DNA of 63,709 nucleotides from Paraspadella gotoi (lineage: Eukaryota; Animalia; Chaetognatha). The DNA is taken from positions 10,477,045 to 10,540,753 of the forward strand of contig CM119267.1 of the NCBI GenBank assembly GCA_051294375.1, given 5' to 3'. The translations under genes were made by a program, and so were the position numbers. The notes below the pieces were generated by a model. It ran no database searches, was not told the origin of the DNA, and saw only the letters and a program-made list of their open reading frames with translations. Below, piece after piece: positions 27,102 through 39,260 of this stretch; positions within the stretch are counted from its first letter, which is position 1, and each line of letters starts with the position of its first letter.

Positions 27102-30100
27102 TCTCTGACTCTGAATGACAGCGGCTGAAATTCATTTCATTCTCAGCCTTCTCTTAATTAATCGTCTGGAACTAGGAAGAAAGCAAAAAAAATATACAAA
27201 TAAAAGAAAACTAAGAGTAAGAAAGACAAAGAAAGACAAGAGCATTAAGACTGCGTCAAAGAGAGAGTGAGAGAGAGAGAAAACAAGCGGGAAAAAACAG
27301 ACAAGCACACGCAAAAAAAAAAATTTGGTTATATATGTGTGTTCTCCGGCCACGCCCTCTTCATACTCGACGCGCGCCCCCTGCCTCATTTGCATGATCC
27401 ATTTTTTCTCGAGCCCAGTTTCTTCAGTTTCTTCTCTTTTGTTTTCGCTCTTAAAGCCCCTCCGAGTCTTGAAGGTTATCGATCGTCGTCGTTGTAGTCT
27501 TCGTCGTCGTCGTCGTCGTCGGCGACGTTCTTTTCAAGGACGAAACGAGAAGAAGCTAATGAGTCATTTGTTTGTTGTCGCGGTTGGTCGTCGTCGTAGT
27601 CGTCCTTCCTTTGCTTCTTTTCCTTTTTTCTTTCCTTTCTTTCCTTTCCTCCCTTTGTTTCCTTTCCTCCTCGAAACTGGGCGCGTGTCGGTTCGTTAAA
27701 CGAGGCGATTAACTCGATTAAACCCGCGAGATTTTTTTTTTTAGAATTTAGTCTTCGCCGTCGCAGGAAAACCGGGAAGTAAGTTTTACTTTCCCCGGAC
27801 GATAATAACAATAAAAAACAACGATTTACAGTAAAAGCAGCAACGCCAAAGGAAGCAGCGGTAATTGTTTAATGACATACATAACGATCAACATTATTCT
27901 TAAGCGATGCTTCCGTTCAACTCGCTGAACCATCAAGAACGAGAGTTTCAAGTCGATGAAAGCGTTGAAAACGCGACACAATCTTCTCCGGCATTCTTAA
28001 TACTTTTCCAATTTACAATGTCCGCGATTTATTCCTAATTGTTAAATTTTATTGAATGAAATTGGTACAACCAATATAAAAATTATCCATTCATTTAATA
28101 AATAAGCTATCTTGCCCCTGACTTTGGACAGGCTTTGGTGGTTTAAGGCCTCCATCACTCTTACAAGATAATGACATAGCAGGTCCCTGCAAGCTTTCAA
28201 TCAAGACTCTTTCACAGTCTCATTTATCCACTCCCAGAGTACCTGGCTTCCCTATCAATGAAGTGGAAAATATTTCAAAGAATGTTTCAATTGTATGAAA
28301 AGACCACTCCCTTAAGTATTAGATCGGGGAATACTTATTGTACTCCGCACTAGCATCAAAATATCGTTTTGTGCGTTAAATCGTTTATTCTTTTATTTAA
28401 GAAAAAAGAAAATCTTCTCCGGCAGGATTCTACTCGCTTTACAAAAGCTTAAAGCTTAGTCGTTCTCGGAGCAAGCTTTTATTGCAGCATTCCACCACAT
28501 GAGGCTTCAGTGCATTATATTTTCTGTGAAAAAGCCATTCTGGAAAAATATGCATATATTTCCTTATGATTTAAAATACTACATATATTTTCTCTCCCTC
28601 ATAAACGCTAAATGTTCGATTCCGGCCCAATATCCCTAAAAAATCCCGCCTTCCATAAACGAGATATGGGAAAAGGGAATGGCGACCTCGGATCCGCGGT
28701 CGTCAAGGAAACAGGTTCCATGCCAATTCCAAGAAATTCAACCCTTTTCATATGCAGATGGAAAGAAGTTCAATCCCGCCAACGAATAAAGGCCATCTCA
28801 TTCTCTATCTCCCTCTCCCTCTCGCTCTCTCTCTCTAAAAATGACAGAAAAAAAATGACCAAAATTCAAGGTAAAGTAAATCGCTAAAGCGATTTTTTTT
28901 TTTCATCGAAGCCCCCTTGCTGCAGCTCCTGAAGCAGCGGACTCAAACAGACGCACAAAACTCGTCTCTTTTGCTGCTTCAATTGTCGCTCTCATTGTCG
29001 CATTAGCTTCCGCCATCGTTCAAATTTATCGTCGTCGTTTCCGTCGATCCGATCCTGTCGGAGGCTTAATTCTTTCTCTTGCTGAGTCACCCAGCAAGCA
29101 GGAATTTTTTTATTGCAAAAAATAGCTTTGGAAAAAAACCACGCTAATTCCTAACCCTAATATCTATCCCCTAATCTAACCTTAACTATAACCAAAACCA
29201 AACAATTAATTTATCGTTCAAATTATCGTCGTCGTTTTTGACAATCCAGATCCTGACACTGAGTCATCCAGCCAGATCTCAGAGAGAGAGAGAGAGATAG
29301 AGCGAGAGAGAGATATTGATTCGCTGATCAGTCATACGGCAAGAGGGCTTCGATGATTACAATTACAAAGGCGATTTTTTACATGGTCTTATTTTATTAT
29401 CTGTTCGTTTGTTATCTACCTTGACTGGTGGTTGATTCACTTTCCTCATTGCATGTTTTGTTATTATTCTCCAAACGCTTGCTTTCGCCAATTCATTTTT
29501 TTTGTTTCTGAGTATCCATGGCGTAGGCGATCGCTTTCATTATGCTTTCTTGTTTAGTGCAGTAGAATAAAAAATAAAAACCTTCTTGAAATTCAAAGAA
29601 AAAAAAATATCCTTACTGTGAAAAAGTTTTCGAAAATCAAATAAAAAGTTTTTGAAACGAAAAAAAATTCAGATAAAAGAAACAAAGAAAGATAAAAATA
29701 GCGCGACTTGTTCATTAGATAATTTAGGCGATTTCCCAGGTCCCTTAGCATCGCTTTTGGCGAAAATAATTTTTTTTTTTGCGTTCACAAGATTTGGTCA
29801 TTTCAATCTTTTGTACTTTTTTCTATGAAGATGTAGGAATTTTAAAAAAAGGGATGCATGGGGACCAAGATATTCAGGAGAGGATATTGTAACCAAAAAA
29901 TGAATGACCTCCGACAATCTGTTTTGGCGCCAGGAATTTTTCAAAAGAAATTTTATTGGTAACCTCTATATCTCCGGTTCCAGAAAAGATAGAGGGCTGC
30001 GGTTTTCGACGTTCTAAGTAGAAATTAGCTCTAACTAATGAATATAGGCCCAAAAACTTGTGCTCCTCCCCTTAACTCGTCGCCTTCGGTTTAGTTATTT

Positions 30101-30130
30101 TTCTACTTCGCTTATTTTTACTTTTGCTCG

Positions 30131-30226
<96 letters not shown>

Positions 30227-31129
30227 ACTCACTCTCCCCATTTCGTGATTCTTCTTTCAATTTTCAATCGACTCACTCCATCTCTTCCTTTTTACCCAAC
30301 TCCTCTTCCTTTCCTTTCCTTTCATTTCTCCTTCCAAACGTCTTTTCCTTTTCTTTCCTCCGACATTTCGGCTCTTTTCGCCATTTGAAACCATAATCTG
30401 TTTTATCCCTCCTTTATTTATGGCTCCTTTCACTTTCCTCTTTCACGTTTCTTATCGCTTCTCATTTAGTGGTCGTCGTTTGGTTAAACGTCTTCCTATT
30501 CTATTCTCGTTTTTCTTTCCTTATTTTTCTTTTTTTATTAGATTTTTTTTCCCTTTTTATCCCCTTTTTTTCTTGTCTTCTACTGTCACTCAAGCACTCA
30601 CTATGTTTTAATTTTTCTCCATTTGATATTAATTGATCATTCACTTCTTATCCAATTCTTTTATCAATATCATTCTTTTTTTTCTTTTCTCGCTTTTCCT
30701 CGATTGCTCTTATTTTTTTCTTTCATTCCGCTATTCCCGATTTTTCCCGCCCTCCGTTTCTCCCCTCCCCATCTAACAACGTGATAATGTATCACCCGGT
30801 CATGTGACTCCTCACGAGAGAGGAAAAACGAAGCCAACTGGAACATGCAAATGAGGAGGAGAGGCGAGATTTATAGAGTACCCCTCCTCCTCCTCCTCCT
30901 CCTCCCACGAGTCCTTCTATTGTTTTTCCCTCTCGATCTCCGTGTCATATTCGCCGCGAAGTCTTCTCCTTTTCAGGTCGATCGAATCTAGGTTTTTTCC
31001 AACCCGTTCCAAAAAGACGCTCTTTGTCTCTGTCTCTATCTCTCTCTTCCGTGAAATTTATGTCGACTCTTGCTCTTAAAATATATTAAGGGAGAAACTT
31101 ACGTGAAATTCCCGGGGATTGTGGAGAAT

Positions 31130-31182
<53 letters not shown>

Positions 31183-31333
31183 TAAGAGAGAGAGCATTCC
31201 ATGCGAAGACAAAATGACTTGAATTGAAAAGATGGAAGAGAAAAACAAGAAATCGAGGAAAAGAAAAATCGGGAAGAAGGAATTCGAAGCGATTCAAGAA
31301 TAATGGAAAAGAATAAGGAATCGATAGGAGAGG

Positions 31334-31381
<48 letters not shown>

Positions 31382-31444
31382 TGAGAAGAGAGAGAGAGTA
31401 AAAGAACTCTTTTTCTTTCTCGCTTTTTCGCCCTTAAAAGTTTT

Positions 31445-31879
31445 TGACTCAGTTCACGTGAAGAGGGTAAGCGAGGTCACGTGACCTCGCGGACGATTTC
31501 CGTTTTATCGAAGAGTTTCATCGACGCCAGCCCCGCCCACGACCACCGTCCACCGCCCACCCCCTGAGTCTCCCTCTTTCAACTCTTTCCAACTCCCCCG
31601 CGGCCTCCACCTCGATCTCTTACGGTTAACTCTTTCTGGCAAAAAAAAAAAAAAAAAAAATGGGGAAGATCCAAAAGGCGGAAAGGTTTACCAGTGAGAG
31701 GCCAAATTGCGTGGCCTCGAAATAAACGCTCAGTCGAAAATGAAATGGTCGCATCATTTACGGGATGTCAGTTTTGCAGTCGTCGTTCCCTTTTGCCACG
31801 CCGCATTCACTGGCCAGGCTCATCTGGTCGGGCGATTCGTCAGTGACGTCACCGAACGTCATTTGTCAAAATGGCGCCT
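31445..31879. promoter_or_regulatory. CpG-rich regulatory motif cluster (AP-1, E-box/CLEAR, GC box, CRE, YY1-like)
   Basis: TGACTCA at 31445, TCACGTGA at 31454, perfect 20-bp palindrome GCGAGGTCACGTGACCTCGC at 31471-31490, GCCCCGCCC at ~31530, GTGACGTCAC at ~31842, CAAAATGGCG at ~31867. Mirrored in the other palindrome arm. Confidence 0.35.
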
Positions 31880-31963
31880 TTAATTCGTATTTTCAAAGCC
31901 CCCCTTTTTTTTTTCTAAATTTTTTTATTGTGTAATCCTTCGTTTCGTTGCTTTAGGTATTGT

Positions 31964-32170
31964 AGGAATAAGTTTTATTTATTTGTGACAACGATTCATT
32001 TTTTTACAGTTTTAGAACGGACATGTTTTCGGCTTAGTTTACAAGCCTTCATCAGATCGCACACACAAATCTGTTAACGCTGATGAAGGCTTGTAAATTA
32101 AGCCGAAACATGTTCGTTTTCTAAACTGAAATAAAATGAATCGTCGTCACAAATAAATCAACTTATTCCT
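31964..32170. mobile_element. Inverted Penelope-like pseudo-LTR remnant (~205-bp hairpin with two opposed hammerhead motifs)
   Basis: ~90-bp arms AGGAATAAG...CATCAG / CTGATG...CTTATTCCT around a ~24-bp spacer. Each arm is a hammerhead core followed by AATAAA. Confidence 0.6.
32076..32118 (+). ncRNA. Minimal type I hammerhead ribozyme
   Basis: AACG-CUGAUGA-A-GGCUU(GUAAAUU)AAGCC-GAAAC-AU-GUU-CGUU: helix I AACG/CGUU, 5-bp helix II, palindromic ACAUGU helix III, GUU cleavage triplet. Confidence 0.7.
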
Positions 32171-32384
32171 GCTAAATTTAATAAAAAAAATTAATCTGAA
32201 TCTAAAGATTTTCTCAGATTTTTGTACTCGATATGATTAAAGTCTATTCAGCGAATTGACGTCGGAACTCTCTTATTTACCAGAACATGAATAAGGGCTA
32301 TCATTAAAGCAATGAGAGATATCATCATTTGTCAAGCACATGGGTTAGACCGCTTTTCAAAGCATTTAATGGTTTGCGCATAGG

Positions 32385-32466
<82 letters not shown>

Positions 32467-32768
32467 TGAGTGAAAGAGAAAAAGTGAGTGAAAGGGAACG
32501 ACCGCGAGAGGGAGGGAGATAGAGAAATGNNNNNNNNNNNNNNNNNNNNNNNNNTCTCATGCGCAAACCATGAAATGCTTTGAAAAGCGGTCTAACCCAT
32601 TGTGCTTGACAAATGATGATATCTCTCATTGCTTTTAATGATAGCCCTTATTCATGTTCTGGTAAATAAGAGAGTTCCGACGTCAATTCGCTGAATAGAC
32701 TTTAATCATATCGAGTACAAAAATCTGAGAAAATCTTTAGATTTAGATTAATTTTTTAAAAAATTTAG

Positions 32769-32975
32769 CAGGAATAAGTTTGATTTATTTGTGACGACGA
32801 TTCATTTTATTTCAGTTTAGAAACGGACATGTTTCGGCTTAATTTACAAGCCTTCATCAGCGTTAACAGATTTGTGTGTGCGATCTGATGAAGGCTTGTA
32901 AACTAAGCCGAAGCATGTCCGTTTCTAAACTGTAAAAAAAATGAATCGTTGTCACAAATAAATAAAACTTATTCC
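32769..32975. mobile_element. Second copy of the hammerhead-containing Penelope-like hairpin (other palindrome arm)
   Basis: Reverse complement of 31964-32170. Its plus-strand core at ~32885-32919 has GAAGC in place of GAAAC. Confidence 0.6.
32822..32864 (-). ncRNA. Minimal type I hammerhead ribozyme with canonical GUC site
   Basis: Minus strand reads AACG-CUGAUGA-A-GGCUUGUAAAUUAAGCC-GAAAC-AU-GUC-CGUU. All core nucleotides and three helices are present. Confidence 0.75.
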
Positions 32976-33647
32976 CGCAAATATCTAAAGCAACGAAACG
33001 AAAGGATTACACAATAAAAAAATTAAAAAAGAAAAAAGAAAAAGGGGCTTTGGAAATACGAATTAAAGGCGCCATTTTGACAAATGACGTTCGTGACGTC
33101 ACTGACGAATCGCCCGACAGATGAGCCTGGCCAGTGAATGCGGCGTGGCAAAAGGGAACGACGACTGCAAAACTGACATCCCGTAAATGATGCGACCATC
33201 TTCATTTTCGACTGAGCGTTTATTTCGAGGCCACGCAATTTGGCCTCTCACTGGTAAACCTCTCCGCCTTTGGATCTTCCCNNNNNNNNNNNNNNNNNNN
33301 NNNNNNNNNNNNNNNNNNNNNNNNNNNNNNNNNNNNNNNNNNNNNNNNNNNNNNNNNNNNNNNNNNNNNNNNNNNNNNNNNNNNNNNNNNNNNNNNNNNN
33401 NNNNNNNNNNNNNNNNNNNNNNNNNNNNNNNNNNNNNNNNNNNNNNNNNNNNNNNNNNNNNNNNNNNNNNNNNNNNNNNNNNNNNNNNNNNNNNNNNNNN
33501 NNNNNNNNNNNNNNNNNNNNNNNNNNNNNNNNNNNNNNNNNCGCGAGGTCACGTGACCTCGCTTACCCTCTTCACGTGAACTGAGTCAAAAACTTTTAAG
33601 GGCGAAAAAGCGAGAAAGAAAAAGAGTTCTTTTACTCTCTCTCTCTC

Positions 33648-33698
<51 letters not shown>

Positions 33699-33836
33699 GA
33701 TTCCTTTTCTTTTCCATTATTCTTGAATCGCTTCGAATTCCTTCTTCCCGATTTTTCTTTTCCTCGATTTCTTGTTTTTCTCTTCATCTTTTCAATTCAA
33801 GTCATTTTGTCTTCGCATGAATGCTCTCTCTCTTAC

Positions 33837-33867
<31 letters not shown>

Positions 33868-35374
33868 TCTCCTTCCCTCTTTCTCTCTCTCTCTCTCATT
33901 CTCCACAATCCCCGGGAATTTCACGTAAGTTTCTCCCTTAATATATTTAAGGAGCAAGAGTCGACATAAATTTCACGGAAGAGAGAGATAGAGACAGAGA
34001 CAAAGAGCGTCTTTTTGGAACGGGTTTGGAAAAAACCTAGATTCGATCGACCTGAAAAGGAGGAAAGACTTCGCGGCGAATATGACACGGAGATCGAGAG
34101 GGAAAACAATAGAAGGACTCGTGGGAGGAGGAGGAGGAGGAGGAGGGGTACTCTATAAATCTCGCCTCTCCTCCTCATTTGCATGTTCCAGTTGGCTTCG
34201 TTTTTCCTCTCTCGTGAGGAGTCACATGACCGGGTGATACATTATCACGTTGTTAGATGGGGAGGGGAGAAACGGAGGGCGGGAAAAATCGGGATAGCGG
34301 AATGAAAGAAAAAAATAAGAGCAATCGAGGAAAAGCGAGAAAAGAAAAAAAGAATGATATTGATAAAAGAATTGGATAAGAAGTGAATGATCAATTAATA
34401 TCTAATGGAGAAAAATTAAAACATAGTGAGTGCTTGAGTGACAGTAGAAGACAAGAAAAAAAGGATAAAAAGGGAAAAAAAATCTAATAAAAAAAGAAAA
34501 ATAAGGAAAGAAAAACGAGAATAGAATAGGAAGACGTTTAACCAAACGACGACCACTAAATGAGAAGCGATAAGAAACGTGAAAGAGGAAAAGTGAAAGG
34601 AGCCATAAATAAAGGAGGGATAAAACAGATTATGGTTTCAAATGGTGAAAAGAGCCGAAATGTCGGAGGAAAGAAAAGGAAAAGACGTTTGGAAGGGAGA
34701 AATGAAAGGAAAGAAAAGGAAGAGGAGTTGGATAAAAAGGAAGATATNNNNNNNNNNAGAGAGAGACAGACCGAGCAAAAGTAAAAATAAGCGAAGTAGA
34801 AAAATAACTAAACCGAAGGCGACGAGTTAAAGTGGGTCGGTTAACGAGTGGGGAAAGACGGATGGAAAGACAAAAGGACTATCGCCCATTAAGGGTCGCT
34901 CTTGAAAATAAATAGCTCTGAATAATTAGCTTCTCATTTGCATTTTTAAGCGCCTCTTCTATCGGGGCACCCGAGGCGTTGCGAGGGATCCGAGGCTCGC
35001 CGACTTTAGTCGTTTTTAATTTGTTGAGCTCGTCATTTTTAATTTTTTAAAGCCCGATTAAAAATTTTTGACGACGGGTTNNNNNNNNNNAATAACTTTA
35101 TTTATTAGACGAATGTAAATATCCCTAAATTTAGGTCCTTGAAAGGGAATCTAAAAAGAAAAGAGAACGTTTTGATCATTTTGACTCACTCTCAGACATT
35201 CTTTTCAGTCACTCTATCAAATTTTTAGTCTCCGTTTTGTGTGATTATTTTCAAACATTTCGACTTTTGTGTCGATGAGTTTTCGGGATATTCTTCCCAT
35301 TGACCTTTGCTCCAAATTTGGAACCAACCGTCTCTTCCTTTCACGAAATTCCTTTCGTGAATCCGTTGAAATTA

Positions 35375-35420
35375 CGACCAATGGGAACTCTACATAACGG
35401 GGGTATCCTGACCAATAGGA
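35375..35420 (+). promoter_or_regulatory. Paired CCAAT (NF-Y-type) boxes upstream of GART
   Basis: GACCAATGG (CCAAT at 35378) and GACCAATAG (CCAAT at 35412), 34 bp apart. About 420 bp before the ATG, with a gap in between. Confidence 0.35.
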
Positions 35421-35832
35421 AATGTTTAGATTTAAGAGAGAGTCACTGGTCAAACTCGGGATTCGACTTGGGATATCTCTTTAGAATCACAGTTTATAAA
35501 ACTCACGGAACCCTTCCATTTGGCTATTATTTGAAAACAACAACAACAACACTATATTTAAATGATAATCCCGATTTCNNNNNNNNNNNNNNNNNNNNNN
35601 NNNNNNNNNNNNNNNNNNNNNNNNNNNNNNNNNNNNNNNNNNNNNNNNNNNNNNNNNNNNNNNNNNNNNNNNNNNNNNNNNNNNNNNNNNNNNNNNNNNN
35701 NNNNNNNNNNNNNNNNNNNNNNNNNNNNNNNNNNNNNNNNNNNNNNNNNNNNNNNNNNNNNNNNNNNNNNNNNNNNNNNNNNNNNNNNNNNNNNNNNNNN
35801 NNNNNNNNNNNNNNNNNNNNNNNGCAACGTCG

Positions 35833-38800
35833 ATGCCTTCGTCCAACGCTCGTCGTGTCCTCGTCGTCGGTGGCGGAGGACGCGAGCACGCCCTGGCCTG
35901 GCGCCTCTCGAGCGACGGCATCTCGGACGTCTTCGTGACGCCGGGCAACGCCGGAACGGCGTCAACGCCTCGTTGCGTCAACGTCACGCTTGACGTCGAC
36001 GACTTTGACGCCGTCGTCTCGTTTTGTCGCCGCGAGAATGTTGATTTGGTGGTGGTAGGTCCGGAGGGGCCTCTGGCTAAAGGTATGACCGATTTGAAAG
36101 GTTGTTGTCGTGTCGGTGGCTAAATTTTTTATTGATTTTTTTATTAATTTGCAAGGTACATAGTACAGAGGAATTATAATAAAATTAGGACTTTTTGTAT
36201 TACTATACTCATTTGGACAATGTCCCCCGACTCTCCCCAGGCATCGCGGACGCTCTGCTTGAGGCCGGCATTCCCTGCTTCGGCCCTTCCCGCCTCGCCG
36301 CCCGCCTCGAAGCCTCGAAATCCTTCGCCAAAGCCTTCATGGATCGACACGGGATCCCGACGGCTCCGTGGAAATCCTTCGAGAAGGTCGGCGAGGCCTT
36401 GGAGTGGCTGGATTCGACGGAGCACGATGTGGTCGTGAAGGCGGACGGGTTAGCCGCCGGGAAGGGGGTCGTCGTGGCCAAAGACAAGTGAGGTGGTTGC
36501 TATCATTATATTTTTATTTCCATAGTATTGTAAAAACTTTTTTTTAATTGTTTATTTTACGAGTGGAGGTAGTCCAAAACAATTTAAAAATTTAATCCAA
36601 TAATTGCCTTTTAAAATTTTACAATCTAGTCAAAATGCAATAATATCTGCCAGATATCCGTTTTAGTATCCATCTATTAATTTTGTTTTTTATACATCAA
36701 TACACCCTCCAATCTAGAACCGAAGGCGACCGAGCGCCATCCGAGCGCTCTCACAAAATCCGCCTTCGGCGCCGCCGGATCTGTCGTCGTCTTGGAAACT
36801 CGACTCCACGGTCCGGAAGTTTCGTGCCACGCCTTCGTCGACGGACGTGTTGCCGCGACGCTTCCTCCGGCTCGCGATCATAAGCGTCTTCTAGAAGGCG
36901 ACGCCGGTCCCAACACGGGCGGCATGGGCGCCGTGGCGCCGGTTCCTCTCGACGACGATTTGCTCGAATTCATCGAGGAGAAAATCATCCAGAAAACTGT
37001 GGACGGGATGCGCGCCGAGGGATGCCCCTTCGTGGGCGTTCTTTACGTAGGGCTCATGCTGACCGCCGAAGGGCCGAAGGTCATCGAGTTCAACTGTCGC
37101 TTCGGAGATCCCGAGACGCAGGCGTTGATGCAAATCCTCGACGAGAATCTCCTCGAGATCATGAAGACCTGCGCGGACGGAACGCTGGAGAAGCGGCGTC
37201 TCCGCTCCAAGGCGGGCGTCGTTGCGGCCGTCGTCGTCGCCTCTGCGGATTATCCGCGAAAGTGCGAAGGAGGAAAGAGGATTCTTGGTTTGGACGAGGC
37301 TATCGAGGCGGCGGGCGAGGCGGTGTTTCACGCGGGGACGAAAGAAGATGGCGGTAACGTCGTCACAAACGGAGGTCGAGTCGCGACGGCGACGGCGATC
37401 GCCGAGACGCTCGACGCCGCCGTCGACGCCGCCACAAGACTGGCGGCGAAGATTCGTTTCGACGGCGCCTTTTTTCGGCGGGACATCGGGCGCACTGCGA
37501 CGGCCTCGTCCAGTCTCACCTACGCCTCGGCTGGAGTGGACATCGCGGCGGGAAACCGTCTCGTCGAAGCCATTAAACCATTTGTAGAGTCGACGCGCCG
37601 CTCGGGATGCCCTTTCTCCTCCAACGTCGGCCGTTTCGGGGCCTTCTTCGACATTTCCGCCTGCGGCTACGACGACCCGCTGCTCGTCTCCGGCGCCGAC
37701 GGCGTTGGAACTAAACTGAAGTTGGCGACGCGTTTGGGCCGCCTCTCAACGATCGGCGTCGACCTCGTGGCGATGAGCGCCAACGACGTCCTCGTCCACG
37801 GCGCAGAGCCACTCTTCTTTCTGGATTATTACGCCACCGGGCGCCTGAACGTTGCCGATGCCGCTGCGGTGGTTTCCGGCGTCGCCGCTGGATGTCGCGT
37901 GGCAGGTTGTGCCCTCGTTGGCGGCGAGACCGCCGAGATGCCGGGCAGCTATGCTGCCGGGGCGTTCGACCTTGCGGGATTCGTCGTTGGCGCCGTGGAG
38001 AGGTTCAAGGCTCTTCCGCGGAAAGATGATTTGGTGACCGGCGACGTCCTCATCGGACTAGCGTCTTCCGGTTGCCATAGCAACGGATTTTCGCTTCTCA
38101 ACAAAATTTTAGAAATGAAAAACATCGATTTAAGTAAACCAGCGCCATGGGTTGACGCCGAGAATACAGAGTCGTTTGGAGAGACGCTTGTGACGCCGAC
38201 AAAAATTTATGTAAACCCCGTTTTGCCGCTGATGCGCGGCGGAAAAGTTAAAGCAGCAGCTCACATCACCGGAGGCGGCCTGGTGGAAAATCTTCCCCGC
38301 GCCCTGCGTCCGGGCCTCGATGCACGCGTTGACGCCAATGCCTGGCATACTCCAGCGTTGTTTCGATGGATCTCGGAGACGGGTGGCGTTGCGGTGGACG
38401 AGATGCTTCGTACGTTCAACTGCGGCGTCGGTTTTGTTGTTGTTGTCGGCAGCCAGGATGCGCAGACGGTAATGGAGACGCTGAAGGAAAGTGGAGTTGA
38501 GGCCTTCATGATGGGAGATTTGGTTGTCGGCACTGGAGACGAATCCAAAGTTATTTTCGACGGAAAAGATCGTCTGTTTCTCGCGTCGAAACCCCGCGAT
38601 TCTCCGCCTCTGATCGTTGAAGCCAAAAAACCGCGAATCAGTTCTAAGAAGAAGGTCGGCGTCCTCATCTCCGGCTCCGGAACCAACCTTCAGGCGCTCA
38701 TCGACCACACCGTCGATCCCGTCGTCGAAAGCGACGCAGAAATCGTTCTCGTCGTCTCCAACCGTTCCGACGCCGGAGGTTTAAAACGCGCCGCCGACGC

Positions 38801-39260
38801 CGGAATTCCGACGCTCGTAATTTCCCACAAGGATTTTTCGTCTCGCGAGGATTTCGACTCTGCGGTTAACGAGGCGTTGCGGGCGGCCGGCGTCGAGTTT
38901 GTCTGCCTGGCCGGCTTCATGCGGATCCTTTCGGCGCCCTTCGTGCAGGCGTGGCGAGGCAGGCTACTCAACGTCCATCCGTCGCTCCTGCCGGCTTTCA
39001 AAGGCGCCCACGCCCATCGAGACGTCCTCGCCGCCGGCGTCCGCGTATCCGGCTGCACCGTACACTTCGTCGTCGCCGAAGTCGACGCCGGGCCGATCCT
39101 CGTCCAACGCGTCGTCAACGTCGGTTTTGACGACACTGAAGATGATCTGTCGGAGAAGGTCAAGAAGATGGAGCACGTGGCATATCCGGAGGCGTTGGAA
39201 TTGGTCGTCGGAGGCAAGGTTGAGATGTTGGAGGATGGGAAGTTGGAGTGGAGGCGATGA
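35833..39260 (+). CDS. GART: Trifunctional purine biosynthetic protein (GARS-AIRS-GAR transformylase), 3 exons
   Basis: Exons 35833-36082, 36241-36487, ~36718-39260. GARS motifs GGGGREHALAW, VGPEGPL, LEASKSFAK, KADGLAAGKGV, GPNTGGMGA, EFNCRFGDPE. AIRS motifs TYASAGVDI, DGVGTK, GGETAEMPG, HITGGG. GARTase motifs ISGSGTNLQAL, LAGFMRIL, NVHPSLLP, VDAGPI. There is an apparent frameshift at 36718-36750. Confidence 0.97.

Larger units (their letters stand above)
30072..34830. repeat. 4.76-kb inverted duplication (palindrome) around a 25-N gap
   Basis: 30072-~32380 is the reverse complement of ~32560-34830. Both ends are TTAACTCGTCGCCTTCGG or its complement. The arms differ by indels and some substitutions. 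Confidence 0.9.

Noticed and set aside
29148-29202. Telomere-like CCTAA/CCCTAA motifs
   Set aside because: Only a few degenerate units; not an array.
30072-34830. piggyBac assignment of the palindrome from its TTAA ends
   Set aside because: Termini read CTCG rather than the usual CCY, no transposase is visible, and TTAA is self-complementary so it may simply be part of the inverted repeat.
35217-35993. Long ORFs spanning N-runs (also 33187-33584, 57318-57722, 61904-62731)
   Set aside because: Their length comes from gap bases.
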